Below are positions 1 to 13,068 of a stretch of DNA of 64,000 nt, piece by piece. The first letter of the stretch is position 1. Every line of letters begins with the position of its first letter. The notes under the pieces were generated by a model. The model was not told the origin of the DNA. It searched no databases and was given only the letters and a program-made list of their open reading frames with translations. Position numbers and translations under genes: made by a program. Source of the stretch: Botryllus schlosseri (lineage: Eukaryota); assembly GCA_051294905.1 (NCBI GenBank), contig CM119371.1, positions 27,220,001 to 27,284,000 on the forward strand, read 5' to 3'.

Positions 1-48
1 GAATTAGTATAGGGTTCATCAATATGCAAAGCCTATATATACTCGTAC

Positions 49-730
49 CTAACCAGAAATCATCAAAATCGCCAAATCCGTTCACGTAGTCAGACCAGTT
101 TCGGAAGAAATCGACATTACCATTATTTCTTCTCTGAAAAACCTGTAATAGCAGTGGAAACTGATCTCATCCCCTTTAACAAATCACACATTCAACATAC
201 GGTCCAGTTTCCTCCTTCATCTCTAACGTCACAAAACACGTTCTTGAATCCAATTCCTGGAATGAGTAATCCGACCACACCACCATTGCTTCTGTGTGCT
301 AATTGTGACTCGATTTGATCGCTTTCGCAGGTACTAGGTAATAGAGCTTTAACAGCTACAAATCATAGGTGTGATTTCAGAAAATTTATTTTGAAAACAA
401 GTGTTATAACAACACACCTTTCTCTATTTTTCTATCGATGTTTTCTTCGTTCGTAGTCCCGTCAACGTTTCCCCGAAGCGAATTTCTTTGTTCGCACCGG
501 ATGCAAGCATCGCGAATATCCGTGTTTCCATCTATCCTATTTGTTGGCCTACCTGTAATTGGGTCCATGATACGCTGACCAACGTTATAGTTAGGCGGTT
601 CCCATTTAAGGCACTGGCGGCAAGCAAAGCCATAGGGCGTCGTTCCATCTGTGATTCTTGATCCCTTCGTTTGTGATGCGAGGAAAAGTACAACCAGCAG
701 TAAAGTTATGGTACTTGTTGGTATTTCCAT
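49..730 (-). CDS. Secreted FReD protein, copy 1 (5' part; exons 730-418, 355-201, 142-49; continues beyond the left edge)
   Basis: GT-AG introns of 62 and 58 nt give an in-frame splice: signal peptide [23 protein letters not shown], variable core, ...[20 protein letters not shown]...[48 protein letters not shown]. These are the canonical FReD motifs VxCD..GGxWTVFQRR..G.VDF.R.W..Y..GFG....FWLG. Confidence 0.93.
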
Positions 731-806
731 CTAATATTGTAAAATATGTTAGATTGACAGTTTCTGTTTTCGACCTTTGGGGCATGAATACCTCGAATTC
801 ACTGAC
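731..806 (-). other. Putative 5'-UTR intron ending immediately before the ATG of FReD copy 1
   Basis: Minus strand CAG|GTCAGT...CTAAC...T-rich...TTAG|ATG. The homologue in copy 2 is 27789-27725 (CAG|GTTACT...TTAG|ATG). Confidence 0.5.
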
Positions 807-1290
807 CTGATTTTAGCCTATTACGAGCATTTCGTCACTGCCGTCTTAACATATTCGAACCCAATTTAGGTAAGTATCGGAAAACTGTTAATAATGTGTT
901 GGTTCATACATGAAATTTTCAGATACCCCTGACTGCTTCACATACTACACGCACATGAATTGGCACTTTTCGTTTCAAAGACTTGATACAAACGCGAACA
1001 TACTGACAAATATATCACCGAATTCTCACATCAAATGCATGAATTTGTCATGGTATAAATATGTGAATTTTTGAATATATATTGGCGTTTCGGTCAAAAT
1101 ATACCTAAGATTTCTGAATTATATTTCGTTTTGATAGAAAAAAAAATTGCCTGTCTGGCCACGAGACAACCACTCTGCTATGCGTAAGGATCACTCTCTA
1201 GTAACTGAAATATCGACCATGAACATCCCTTTTATATACTATCGTTTAAGTCGAAAATCTGGCGGTAGGTAATCACCGATAGATCTTCTC
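807..1290 (-). promoter_or_regulatory. Upstream block conserved in all three FReD copies (also ~27790-28210 and ~45635-46085); probable promoter/5' UTR
   Basis: Shared motifs such as AAATGCATGAATTTGTCAT(G/T)GTATAAA and CTCTGCTATGCGTA at similar distance from each ATG. Function is inferred from position only. Confidence 0.4.
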
Positions 1291-1412
1291 CGGAGTATAA
1301 GTGAGGGTAGGAGTGCCCGACGGGAACGTCTACAGAGTGATTGAGAAACCAACAACAATACCAAGAACACTACCCGATACTGCTTCTCAGTACATTAATT
1401 GATCTTCTATGG

Positions 1413-4222
1413 CAGGGGTCACCAACACGCGGCCCGCGGGCCGCATGCAGCCCGCAAGGTCATGTTTTGCGGCCCGCGACATGATTTGAAATTTCGAAAG
1501 AACTCTTCGTAAAGCATTTTGTAATGCTGAAATTTATTTCAGTTTAAACATGTGGTTGTTGTTCTAAGTAAGATATTCCCACTATTCCTCACCAGCTGAT
1601 ACCGCATCATTCCATGGAGTAATAATTTGGAAATTTGCTGATGTGAATGGTCATATTATATTGCCTTGACGTGCAATGGCCCACTGCCAAGGCCGAGACG
1701 ATTGAAAAGCGACTTCCGGCTCCCCGAAAGACCAAGCTTTTCGGGGAGATAGTTCCCCAGCACGTACACCGTATCTATAGCTAACTGAAATATTGATTTA
1801 TTAGTCCAGGTCAGTCTGCGTCAGAAGAAGGAGAATTATGAGGCCGTCGACAATTAATTCGATTAGGATGTGTTGGCGTAAGGCAATGCGCAAATGGAAT
1901 TTACGAACTGACTCCTGAATTAATGAGAAGTTTGAATTATTCTTCAAATTTATTCGCGCTACGCGTGGTTCCGTGAGAGTTGATTTTCGATTATAGTATA
2001 GTCAGAGGTGGTCAGTAACGAAGTACTTCTACTTTTTGGAAGTACTCAAGTAGTTTTCCTCTACTTCTGGTACTTACTCAAGTAAATCTGATTTTCTCTA
2101 CTTCTACTTCTACTTCAAAATATTTTGTGATCTACTTACTTACTTTTCGGTATTTTCAGTTTGTCAAGTAGAAGTAGTTTAATCCCCCAATAAGAAAGAT
2201 AGCCTGAGGAATTTCGGGGCTGTTTCCACGGAGTACCAACATTTAATATTCGTAAAAGTCAAGTAAAGCCCAGATATTTTGTTGCGCTTCGCGCACAGTA
2301 GTTATGGAGTGACAAATATGTTTTCACGAAAGTATCGGTGAGTATAATTTAGGGACCGGATTGCTTGGTTCCCCTCACACCGCATTGTCGCTCATAACAA
2401 ATATTTCATCACAGGGAATATGGCCCACCATAACGTTTGAAACTACCGTTTTGCAATCTAGCAATTACCTATTATATCTTAATCTAGCAGCCCATTACGT
2501 GTCTTGCTAATCTGGAAAATCCAGTCTATTTGAACGTTACACCTGTTTTAGCAAATCACGTTTGAAGCTTTGTGGACAAAAGACATGAAATATATTTTCC
2601 GCTTTTTAGAAGTGGTATTTGTATTTCACTTTCAATTGCGAGTATCATACTTTGAGTTCTAATTACTTTCAGTTCTTTTGTCCGCAGAACACTAATGTTG
2701 AAGCATAAAAGCAAGTGTAGTAATGCCTCTATTTTCCGAAAATAAAGCTACACTAAATATAACTTTCACGATCCACAATATTTGTTTTTAAGGAAACTAA
2801 TCGCGCATAGTGGGGAAACTGTATCCGATACTACATACGTATTGCTCTTCGCCTAAACTAGGGACTTTATAATATGGGGTACGGCACCATGCCATGATAT
2901 TTTCTAAAACGGGGTCTTCTACTAAACGAAGGGTTAGTATCAAATTTTCATACAAATACTATAATTTGCATCCCATGATGCGAAAGAATGTTAATTCTTT
3001 TAAAAATTGATACCTCCTTGGATGCATCAATACGAATCAAACTCTCTGCACCTTCCACAGAGCTCAATTCGCAGCTTTTAGGAGTGCATGCCAACGAAAT
3101 AAGACTGTTATCAAAACTACTTACTTACTTGAGTAGATTTAAAGTCAGTCAATTCTACTTCTACTTCAAATAGTTTTAGGTGGCTTGTTGGAGAAGTACT
3201 TCTACTCGTACTTGAGTAGATTTTTTCGTCGCTACTTCTACTTCTACTTGAGTAGCTTTCTTGACTACTTTGACCACCTCTGAGTATAGTATAGTATCCT
3301 TTGTAATCTGAGCGCCACAGTACAGATGCGAAAAGCAGAGAAAAATGATGCGCCCCATAAAGAAATACCAATTTGTAATCGTGTTCTACTCATCACGAAG
3401 GAAATTTGTTTCTTGTATAGGCATACGTTTGGGCGAATCCAATATATTCTACTATACCGACAATCCTGATGGATGGTCACGAAATAAAAGCATGTAACAA
3501 ATGTGGGCTAATACCAATTGGTCCACCCAAAGATGCAACGCAGAATTAATAAATTACCTAAATTTCCGAGGCCAACCTCTGCATCAACTCTACCGGTGGA
3601 GCTGATCATATGGGCTGAGAAAGTATAAATAACTGATAGCAATATGTGAACCTATACTAACATTATTGACGACAGTCACTCATGCATATGAAAATTTTTT
3701 CGCGCTCGCGACTCGTACACGTTCCTGTGGCTATTCATAACATCACTACTCACGATATCCGTGCGCATAGTGTATTGGTCCGGAGTTCATTGACAATGGA
3801 GAATTAAACATGGACATGGACTGTTTACCGTGGGTATTTGGCATACAGTTACTTCATTACGACTATGTACTGAACGTAGGCTACACAAGTAATCAAAATT
3901 CGGCCGTGAATAGCAAACAGGTTGGCAACCTCTTCTTTACTTGATGAAGTCTGTTGTCAGCTCACAGTTGAAAATAGAATGAAAGTGATAATCGTGATAT
4001 TTTTTTTCTATTTGTATTTCTTCAATAAAATATTGTTTCTTTAGTGGTAACCATCCCCGTCGCCCATGTTAGAGAGCACAGCGTTGTACCGACGTAGAGT
4101 TATCAAAATGAGGTTGTTAAACAGCGTTACCTATTTATATTTCGATATTGAAGTCATGCGGCCCGCGGCCCGTACGAATTTCGAAAAGTGGCCCGGGACC
4201 CGTTTTGAGTTGGCGACCCCTG
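1413..4222. mobile_element. Non-autonomous hAT (Charlie/Buster-like) element
   Basis: TIR CAGGGGTC(A/G)CCAAC, GGCCCGCGG subterminal motifs, perfect 8-bp TSD TTCTATGG (1405-1412 / 4223-4230). Confidence 0.9.
2003..3282. mobile_element. hAT MITE nested in 1413-4222
   Basis: TIR CAGAGGTGGTCA, TACTT subterminal repeats, perfect TSD AGTATAGT. Confidence 0.9.
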
Positions 4223-4229
4223 TTCTATG

Positions 4230-5660
4230 GGGTATATTCAAGAGTAGGTGTGCCCCACAGCTAAGTCAACATACTGATTGCCGAAACCAACAACAATACC
4301 AGGGGCACTAGTTGATACTGCTTCCCGATATGTATTTTTTTGTTAAAAAGTACCACGGCAAAATGCCTCTGTTATAAAATTAAAAAAAAAAAGGACACGG
4401 TTTCCGTTTTTCTGAATATCATTGCGTAAATTGCTCTATTTCAAACATTCAAAATCATCAGCAATATCAGGAACACTACTTGTTGTTGCTTCAAAATGAG
4501 TTTATAAAAAATGATTTATTCCCTGAGATGTATTTGTTCATATTCAATTGGAACACGGTACAAAATCTCTACTATAAAAACTGTTCACGGTTTAATTTTC
4601 TGAAACTCGATTTTACACACTATCAATCACTGAATATGAGGTATATACAATTATAAATTATATAGCCGCCGACATCGACATCGATTTCGCTAATTTACAA
4701 TATATTCGTCGCACATACCACTTTGTACGCAACGACGCATGATAGCTCCCGTTGCCCGTGTGATGTCGAGCTCTATAACTTTTATATTGTTCCCCAAACT
4801 TAAAAGGTTTGGATATCACCTGTTTCGTCCTTTTCTTTGGATTTTCTGCTAAGATTATAAGTTTCTAATTAACGAGATAATTTGGTCGGTGAACCTGATA
4901 AAAATCGAGTATCGGACCGATTCGATTTTGAATCCTTCAGTCATTATTACATCTTCACAGTAAGAATGACGGACAATGTTCGAATAATTACCATTTTTGT
5001 GGTCACACCAAATATAATCTAGTACTTATGGACCTTGCGGAGCGTTGGTCACATAAATGTCGTTATCATGAATCTTTGTAGTCTTGTAATTAATGTTTTG
5101 AATTTCATGATACCATCAACCGACGTTTCAAACTGTTCACGGTGGGAAGATCCTATCTATCGAGGGAAAAACCTTTGAAGTCTTTATATTTGTGACTGGG
5201 AAAATGACTCTTACTGCTCGTCTCGAGTCATTACAATTGATTCTCGACTAGGATGCGAAAACTCAAATCATTGTGCCTTGCCGTAATGATAACTTGACCG
5301 GCATGATAATCATAGATGCATACAAGGTAGATAGGCATCGCGTGCAAAATCAACGAACCGTGAGATAAAAATGACACCAAAGTCACGAAGATACGATTCG
5401 ATAAGCGAAGGGCGGAAAACAGGAGTACCTCCTTATACCATTCTCTAATGAGGGGTGGATTCGTTGGACGTAACGCATCAATGCATAGTTGACGAACGCA
5501 TGACGTATTATCATTGGGTTATCCACAAGCAATCGAGACGAATAGAAATATACCACATTCGCGTGAGCGTGTACGGCTATACAGTTTTGTAGTGGGAATT
5601 CGGTTTGTATGACGTAATGCAGCAACGCACAGTTGACAAACGCTTGGAATATTGTCGTTG
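4230..5660 (-). pseudogene. Decayed intronless ORF module, one of several copies
   Basis: Fragment LHYVIQTEFPLQNCIA...NPMIIRHAFVNYALMRYVQR (5383-5625) recurs in the same frame at ~9025, ~19250, ~29755, ~35400 and ~49760, with stops and frameshifts that differ between copies. Confidence 0.5.
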
Positions 5661-5668
5661 GTGCATAT

Positions 5669-6780
5669 CAGTGGTCGGGAACCTATGGCTCTTTAGGAAA
5701 TTTTCAATTTTGTACTCAATTTATCAATATTAAAGCAACTCGTTGGTAAATTTTCGTGACGGCAATAAATATTATTCTCATGGCAGCATAAGCATGTCTT
5801 TTAGAGATCAAGACAGTACGGTATCCCGGGTTAGGGGCTCGTGCCACCCTCTTTTCAAAATTTAAGTTGCTGTCGCACGGGCGACTAACACCACTCGTGA
5901 ATTCGATCTAACCACCATCGCGCGACTAGAAATCTTGGATTGCACGATACCTTGATTGACGAAAGAAAATAGCAGTCATGGCAACACTTGTAGGAAAATG
6001 CAGTCTTCAAATACACATTGTCTTCCCTATCTACTCCGAGAAATATAATGTCTTGGAAGTGACATTCACTATTCACAATTAAAAATTCCCATTAAAAACA
6101 ATGCCATAGCTATCCATTCTCTTGATTGGTTAGTAGCTTTCGAGCACCGCCTTAAAATGTAGGTGTGTAACGCAACATTACGTTACGCCGAATATTTTAG
6201 AAGTCGCGGTCGATACTTGGATTTTCAGAATCAACGCGACAATTACATTTGATTAATATCAGTGATCATAAATTCTAAGCTATTTACGACGAGTTGCGCT
6301 GTTACACGCAGGTAAGGCTTGACCCCTCTGTGCCTCATCTGAGCCTATTACCTCTCCTTTGGCGCTTATTTACGAACAATAAATATGACAATTTCGTGAT
6401 TTTTGGAATAAAAATGTTCCAAATCTAGTCATTCATAAACATCAATAGAAGATATCAAGAACCATTGACGGGTTCACAATTTTCTTCACTCATCCCTGAC
6501 GACATATGAGGCACTGCCTCACTTGCCTCCCCTAACTACACCTCACTGACGTATCACCCAGTGTGTATGTACTGCTTTAATAACCATGTTTGGCTCCACC
6601 TACCCATGTGGGCAGGAAAATATGGCGTACACTACCAATCCCATATATTAGGGCTACCAATACGTCATGGATGTCCAATTGTGGCGTAACAGATGATTGA
6701 CATGTATGGCTCTTTGGGAGTTACAATAGCAAATATTGGGCCAATATTGTTCTTCGGTCGAAAAAGGTTCCCGACCACTG
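5669..6780. mobile_element. hAT (Charlie-like) MITE
   Basis: TIR CAGTGGTCGGGAACCT; TSD GTGCATAT/GTGTATAT. Confidence 0.88.
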
Positions 6781-6789
6781 GTGTATATC

Positions 6790-9250
6790 TACGGATAATG
6801 TCTATAGCATGACCGACGCGTGAGATCGTACAAAGCTTCTGATTTCGGTCATCGGACTAGCGTTGGATGGCTTATTCGATAGGGTTAAACTGAATTTATT
6901 CTCCGAGACGAGAGTATTGAAGTTGACTCCTAATGGAAATATTGTATTACTGCATCCTAATTTATTTCATGGTCATGCAGAACTACAATAAATTATTGCA
7001 ATACTTATGCGCATCGAGAGATATTTCGTATTATACATTGATGCTGCACACGCCTGATGATGATGTCTGGCATTTCATTAGTCGAATATATGCATTGCAC
7101 CACTTTTGACCAAATCAATGTGTGTTTTCTGTTCGCATAAGAAATAATGTGTGCTTCAAACGCTACACATAATCCAGGTATACGTCCTACGATAGTAAGC
7201 CACGTCTGTTCGCAAGTGAATAAATTTCTCGCGTTGGAAAAGATATATCAACTCATTCGGATATTGGACGGGCGAGCTCTGATGTTAAGTCGGTCTGTTA
7301 CTACGTGACGCGTGTGGCGAACCAGCAGAATACTTTGTAGGCATATGATTTTCAGTGGTACACAGTAACATGTCTATCGATGGCAGGATTCTTAAATAAG
7401 TCGGCATCGATGTCGCCTGAATAGCATACGACGCAGAGTGGTCCGGCTTTCCCGAGTTTTATCAATATAACAGCGGATTTCCAGATATCGCCCATTTATA
7501 CCGTTATGCGATACAAAGCGATTGTAAAGTTAATTTACAATATATTCGTCGTATATACCACCTTCTACGGAACACCGCATGATAGCTCGCATTGACCATG
7601 TGATGCCGCGCTCTATACCTTTGCTAGTGTGTCACATGCAAGCTACAAAGGTTTTGAAATCCCCTGTTTAATCTTTCCCTCTTGATTTTCTTCTCAATAT
7701 TAAACGTTTCCAATCGTCGCGACAATGTTGTCGGTGAATCTGACAAAAATCAAGTATCTGGCCGATTTTGTTTTTAGTCTAGTACTAATCATTATTAAAT
7801 TGTCAAAGTAGGAATGACTGACAATGTTGAAGCATGTACCATTTCTGTTATAACAAGCGAAACAATGCCATTAGTTAGTCGCCACCAAAACTAATTTTGT
7901 ACTTGTCGACCATGATTATTTATTAGCAAGATGTGACCTTGCTGAGCGTTGGTCACGGAAATGTCGTTATCATGATTTTTCGTAGCCCTCATTTTTATGA
8001 TTGGGATTTCATGATACCATCAGTCGAGGTTTCAATCTGTTCATGGTGGGAATTTCGTATCTATCGAGACCGCTTTTCTCGATGAAAAATAAAACCTCCG
8101 AAGTCTTTGTATTTGTTACTGCGGAAATGACTCTTACTGATCGACTGACATTGCAGAAGAGTTTCTGGTCACGGTTGAATCAGATAACTGTAGCTTCGAA
8201 CTCTGTCAGGTGATGTTGTCCTTGCTGCTAAGATTCGGAAACAGCGAATATTCGCACGTTGAAGTTTTATTGAAATCGCACCTTCTCTAGCATATTTATT
8301 GGGTTTAGCGATATACCAAGCAATTGTGAACGATGCGTCTGTAACGTCGTCGGCAATTTTAACAGCGCCTTTCCGGCTTGACACCTAGCTGGTAACGTTT
8401 TCTAACACCAGGCGATATGTATAATTACAGAAGAAACTGTATAGTGGTATCATTTTAACCTTCTACGCTTCGTTACGACAACTGTTCTTCGACAAATATG
8501 ACGCATCGGTTTTCCATTTATATCTGAGAAAGCTGATTCATATTTTCACGCAGAGTTACGAATCCAGTTTTTGCTGTTTTATTTTCCGTTCCTTGTTCTC
8601 GTTTCTGTTCAAACCATTCGCCAGAACCAGAACCAGAAACCAGAACACAACAAAGAATGTGTAATCAAACGAAACAGAGACTGTGTGATAAGAGAGCTAA
8701 GTCGCTAGATTAATATGTAACAATACTTTGCCAACAGTAATTGCGTTCATAATGAAAATCGTCGCGGGCCGCAAAATAAACGTCTGCGGGCCGCATGCGG
8801 CCCGCGGGTTGAGAACCCCTGCTCTAGTGTATTACAATCAAATCTTAACTAGGATTCAAGAACATGTATCATTGCGCCATGCCCTGATGCTAAATTGACC
8901 AGCAAGATAATTATAGTTGCAGCCAATGTAGACAGGCATGACGTGGAAAATCCACGAGCCGTGAGATAAAAATGACACTAAAGTCACTAAGACACGATGA
9001 TAATGTTATTCGATAAGCGAAGGGTTAAAAACAGGAGCAGCTCCTTGTACCATTCTCTAAGGAGAGGTGGATTCGTTGGACGTAACGCATCAACGCATTG
9101 TTAACGAAGGCATGACGTATTACCATTGGGTTATCCGCAAGCAATCTAGATGAATGGAAATATACCACATTTGCGTGAGCGTGCAAGGCAATCCAGTTTT
9201 GGAGCGGGAATTCGGTTTGTATGACGTAATGCAGCATCGCATAGTCGCAT
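6790..9250 (-). pseudogene. Further copy of the decayed ORF module, interrupted by a truncated hAT element
   Basis: Homologous to ~28800-30520. ORF fragment 9025-9237 matches 5383-5625. Confidence 0.45.
8143..8821 (-). mobile_element. One-ended fragment of the Charlie-like element seen at 31228-34128, inverted
   Basis: Ends GGTTGAGAACCCCTG followed by CTCTAGTG. The body is the reverse complement of ~31230-31780 plus ~33320-33450. The other end is lost at a GATCG microhomology. Confidence 0.75.
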
Positions 9251-10154
9251 TTTCAGTATAAATGAAATGGTATAGCAGTGCTTTTCAACCTTTTTGAGCT
9301 TCATTCGCACTTTTTCTTGTAAAATAAATTTCATTCGCACAAACTAACCGAATATTGTTATACAAAAAGAAGATGAAAATACAACATTTATTTGATCAGA
9401 TGTGCGACAAATCGGCTGCTATGTAGGCCTATCTTAAGCTATTAAGTGTCTCATTAAAAAGGCTACTATATTTTCGCTCGTTTTGATTTTAACTATTTCA
9501 CTAAAACCCTTCTACTAGTGCTTGGATGGCCAGGTCTTGAAGTCTGTTCTGCACTCCTATCCAACATACACCGTATTTTTCACGAGTGAAAAATGCTTGC
9601 TGGACAAAATCGATTTTGAGAGCTGACAAAAAGGTATAGGAGGCTCCATTATGTCGAAAGGGTGAAAAACCCACTTGTTTGTGTTGAGGCTTTTGCCTTT
9701 ATGTCTTGGAAAATAAGATCCAAATGATCAAGGAAAGTAGGCACGTTAAAGCTCGCTACCTTATGATACGTTGCTCCAACTTTTTTTTCGATTTCTCATT
9801 TTCTGTCTCGCGAGTATGTGGTAAGAGCAAATAAACTCACGATACTGTGTGTTCTGCTCTTTAGTTCAATCTAACTTGAGAGTTCATGACGGTTTAATAA
9901 CGTTAAAGCAGTTTTTAGACTACCACCAAAATCTGAGTTTTTGTGGCATCTCGCAACCTGGAGCCTCACCCATGAAAAGGAATTCATTTTTAACATTACA
10001 GTAGTATGCTATAATTTTACGGACATGCATGACATACAGAACGAGCACACCACAATTCTATCCAACACAGCTCTACAAAATGTCTGACGCTCGTGATTTC
10101 AAATTAGGGTGAATTAAATTCCTTTGCGTGTCGCAGTTGTACTACAGTCTACTC

Positions 10155-11018
10155 CAGGAGTCAAACCTTTTTGCAACCGAGGGCTACTTCTGCGTAATGA
10201 TTGAAGCGGCGGGCTACTATTTACTCCGGTCGTTTACCCGTACCACACTGAATTTCCGCTTTGATATTCATAGCACTGGGCAGGACTGGACATCATGTTA
10301 TCTGTTTCTATAGCAGTCAGTGGGAAGCCTGGCATTGTATGATATCAACTAGTGCGCTGTACTCTGGTATTTAACTTGACACTGCAATTCTGAGTGAGTG
10401 TTCCATATGTGCATTAATTAAGCGTGTTTTGTGTTAGTTTTTGATGAAGTTCATGTCCAAAAAGGCCGATTCAGAACGATAAGTTGAACCATAGACGCTT
10501 GCAACCTTCAGAGCTGCTGCGCATAATACACCACCGTGCCAACAAGCTGTGCCAAAAGATGCAATACGTAATGGGTATACAGATAATTAAAATCTGCTAG
10601 TACGTCACGGCTATCTGACTCCGAATAGTAATATTGTTTACTACTTTGGCATTGTACTGGTCGTCGAGCTATCGTGACGGAATCCCCCACCATTTCAAGA
10701 AGACCGTGGACGGCATGTCGCATGTATAGGCAATGCGCCGTATCTTGAATTTCTGGTGATTCTATCACATACATCTATATATTACTAATTGTAATTTAAG
10801 ATATTTTTAAGTGTCTATATATGTAAGTTACATGTTAGTGTGTTTTAAACAAGAATAGCTGAATCAATCAATCTATATATTTAAAAGCTCACTGGTAATA
10901 ATCTGACGAATATTGGTAAATGATGCTATTCCACCTATTTTTAGAATGGGCTAGCGGGCTACTCATCTAGTCCTCGCGGGCTACCTGGTGCCCGCGGGCA
11001 CCGGGTTGGTGACCCCTG
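10155..11018. mobile_element. hAT Charlie-like MITE (nested)
   Basis: Ends CAGGAGTC.../...GACCCCTG, GGGCTAC subterminal motifs, perfect TSD GTCTACTC. Confidence 0.82.
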
Positions 11019-11447
11019 GTCTACTCTTTACTCAGATTGCGAGAACGGTACTATTCCGTGCCGACAATTAGGCGTATCCATAATGAATGGTTTTTGCCAT
11101 CCAGTATCGGTCATTCTTTGGCCAAGGTTTTGTCGACGCTTATGTTTTGGCACCGCATTTTATCAGCCGTTTGTTGGCCCAAACTTTCCGTCTTCATGTG
11201 ACCCGACGCAAAAGGGTTTGGCCCCGAAATGAATGAGTCTCGTAGGCCTGAGCTCGCTCGTTGCACACACCAACACTAGTCCATCCGAACGGTCTTCGAC
11301 CATGTTTTCCCGTAAAACCAGTCGGGCAAATCTTATCATCAATACCCAAAATCATACCTTTTGCAGTTCATACTTTAACAACCCTTGAAGGGGTAAAATT
11401 TGCGTTACGGTAACCTGCAAATGGGAGTCTATGATGATGGTATTTAC

Positions 11448-12334
11448 TAGGGATGGTGTGAACCTCTGAAAGGTTCAGGTTCGTGTGAACGCGAACCTTT
11501 CCGAAAGGTTCTATGTGAACGCGAACGTGAACCTCGTGACGTCACGTGACGTCATACTGCTAATTCCAACCCTATCTTTCAATGAAGTGATAGCCTATAT
11601 TAATGTACGCGATACGTAGCGACGACTCTGGCCACATAATGCCACAATGCTGAAGTATATTTTGGCGTTTTAAAGGTCGCTAAATGTAACAACTGGGGCA
11701 ATAAAATGATATAATACTCCCATAAGATCAATATCATTCGTCGCTTTGCCAATAATTTCGACGAGGACCAGACCGGGCATCCAATGTATTCGGTGTATGA
11801 GTATTGCTACATTGATATTGGGCAGAGTGTAAAACAGGTTCTTACACTTGCTACCGATATTAGGCTACCCCAAAAGTTATACAGCTGTAGCTAACACCTT
11901 AATCGCATGGGTTTGGTTTTAATGATACAGTAAACATATGAAGTGAAGTTTGACCCCGTACGCTATAGCTAGATTTGTTACATCAAACAACGGTATCAGT
12001 CTCATTGATTGGTTAATAAGCATCATTCGCTCTCTACATGTTATGAATGTCGCTCGCAAACTTTTGTAACAAAGCAAGTAAAATCTTTAAGGTTGTGAAG
12101 GTGCATGCTAGTTTTGAGTTTTTTTTTTATGCTGCCGGCTTCATTCATAGAGTGGCCCGCAGTTGAAATGCAATAAATTCGAACCAAGGATGTCATTATG
12201 AAGTGAAAATTCTAATATATGAAAAAGGTTCACAGTGCAGAACCTACCAAGGTTCTGTTGTTAACGCGAACCTCTAAATTCCCGAGGTTCACACATAGAA
12301 CGCGAACGTGAACCTCGCGTTCACACCATCCCTA
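11448..12334. mobile_element. hAT Ac-like MITE (nested)
   Basis: TIR TAGGGATGGTGTGAAC, GAACC/GAACG subterminal repeats, perfect TSD GTATTTAC. Confidence 0.9.
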
Positions 12335-12694
12335 GTATTTACTACTATCCTCGTGCCTCGCACTAATCGAACAGGTGTTACGGAACATGATGATTGTTTA
12401 GCAAAAGTAAGCAGAAAGTCAATTTAACGTCATTTTCCCAGCCTGTCGCAGGCTCAGACGGGCTGATATCCTGTATGTCTGCCACTACACCAGCTTACAA
12501 ACCAGGCCTTTGGTTACGTAATAATTATAGTGCGAAAATATTAATTCACTACGGCTTGTGATAGCTACGACTATATAGGTGCGTCGTAAGTTAAACAAGT
12601 TTATACAATTGCGTCGCAACAACAAAAGTTACACTGCCCTTGAATTTCCTATAAGGTTTATTTGAATTATTCCAGGTCAGAAAAATTAATTATT

Positions 12695-12890
12695 ATTCAC
12701 GATTTTCATTCGCACTCATCGGGGATTTTCTTTCGCACCGTTCGCACCACCTTCTTCATTCGCACTCATCCGGGGATTTTCATTCGCACCGTTCGCACCA
12801 CCTTCGTCATTCGCACTCATCCGTGATTTTCATTCGCACCGTTCGCACCATGTTCGTCATTCGCACTGCAATATTTTTCATTCGCACAAG
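12695..12890. repeat. ~50-bp tandem repeat, 3-4 units (subterminal region of 9276-12921)
   Basis: Unit CATTCGCACTCATCCGGGGATTTTCATTCGCACCGTTCGCACCACCTTCGT. Confidence 0.85.
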
Positions 12891-13068
12891 TGCGAACCGT
12901 CACACAGGTTGAAAAGCACTGGTATAGAGTAACATGTCTATCGATGGCAGGTTGCTTTACGAGCTCAAATATTAATATAGGTATGCATTGACACTACATT
13001 CGAAAACTTGCGTCAGCTAACCACCAATATCTGTTCTCGGAGTATTCACCGATTGATATGCGCTAGGG

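Larger units (their letters stand above)
9276..12921. mobile_element. Non-autonomous hAT element with CATTCGCAC subterminal repeats, containing nested elements
   Basis: TIR CAGTGCTTTTCAACCT. Imperfect TSD (GTATAG / GTATAGAG). The host module sequence resumes after it. Confidence 0.82.

Noticed and set aside
2988..3480. Overlapping short ORFs with Ser/Thr- or Val/Glu-rich repeats
   Set aside because: Translations of MITE subterminal TACTT repeats and of the shared core.
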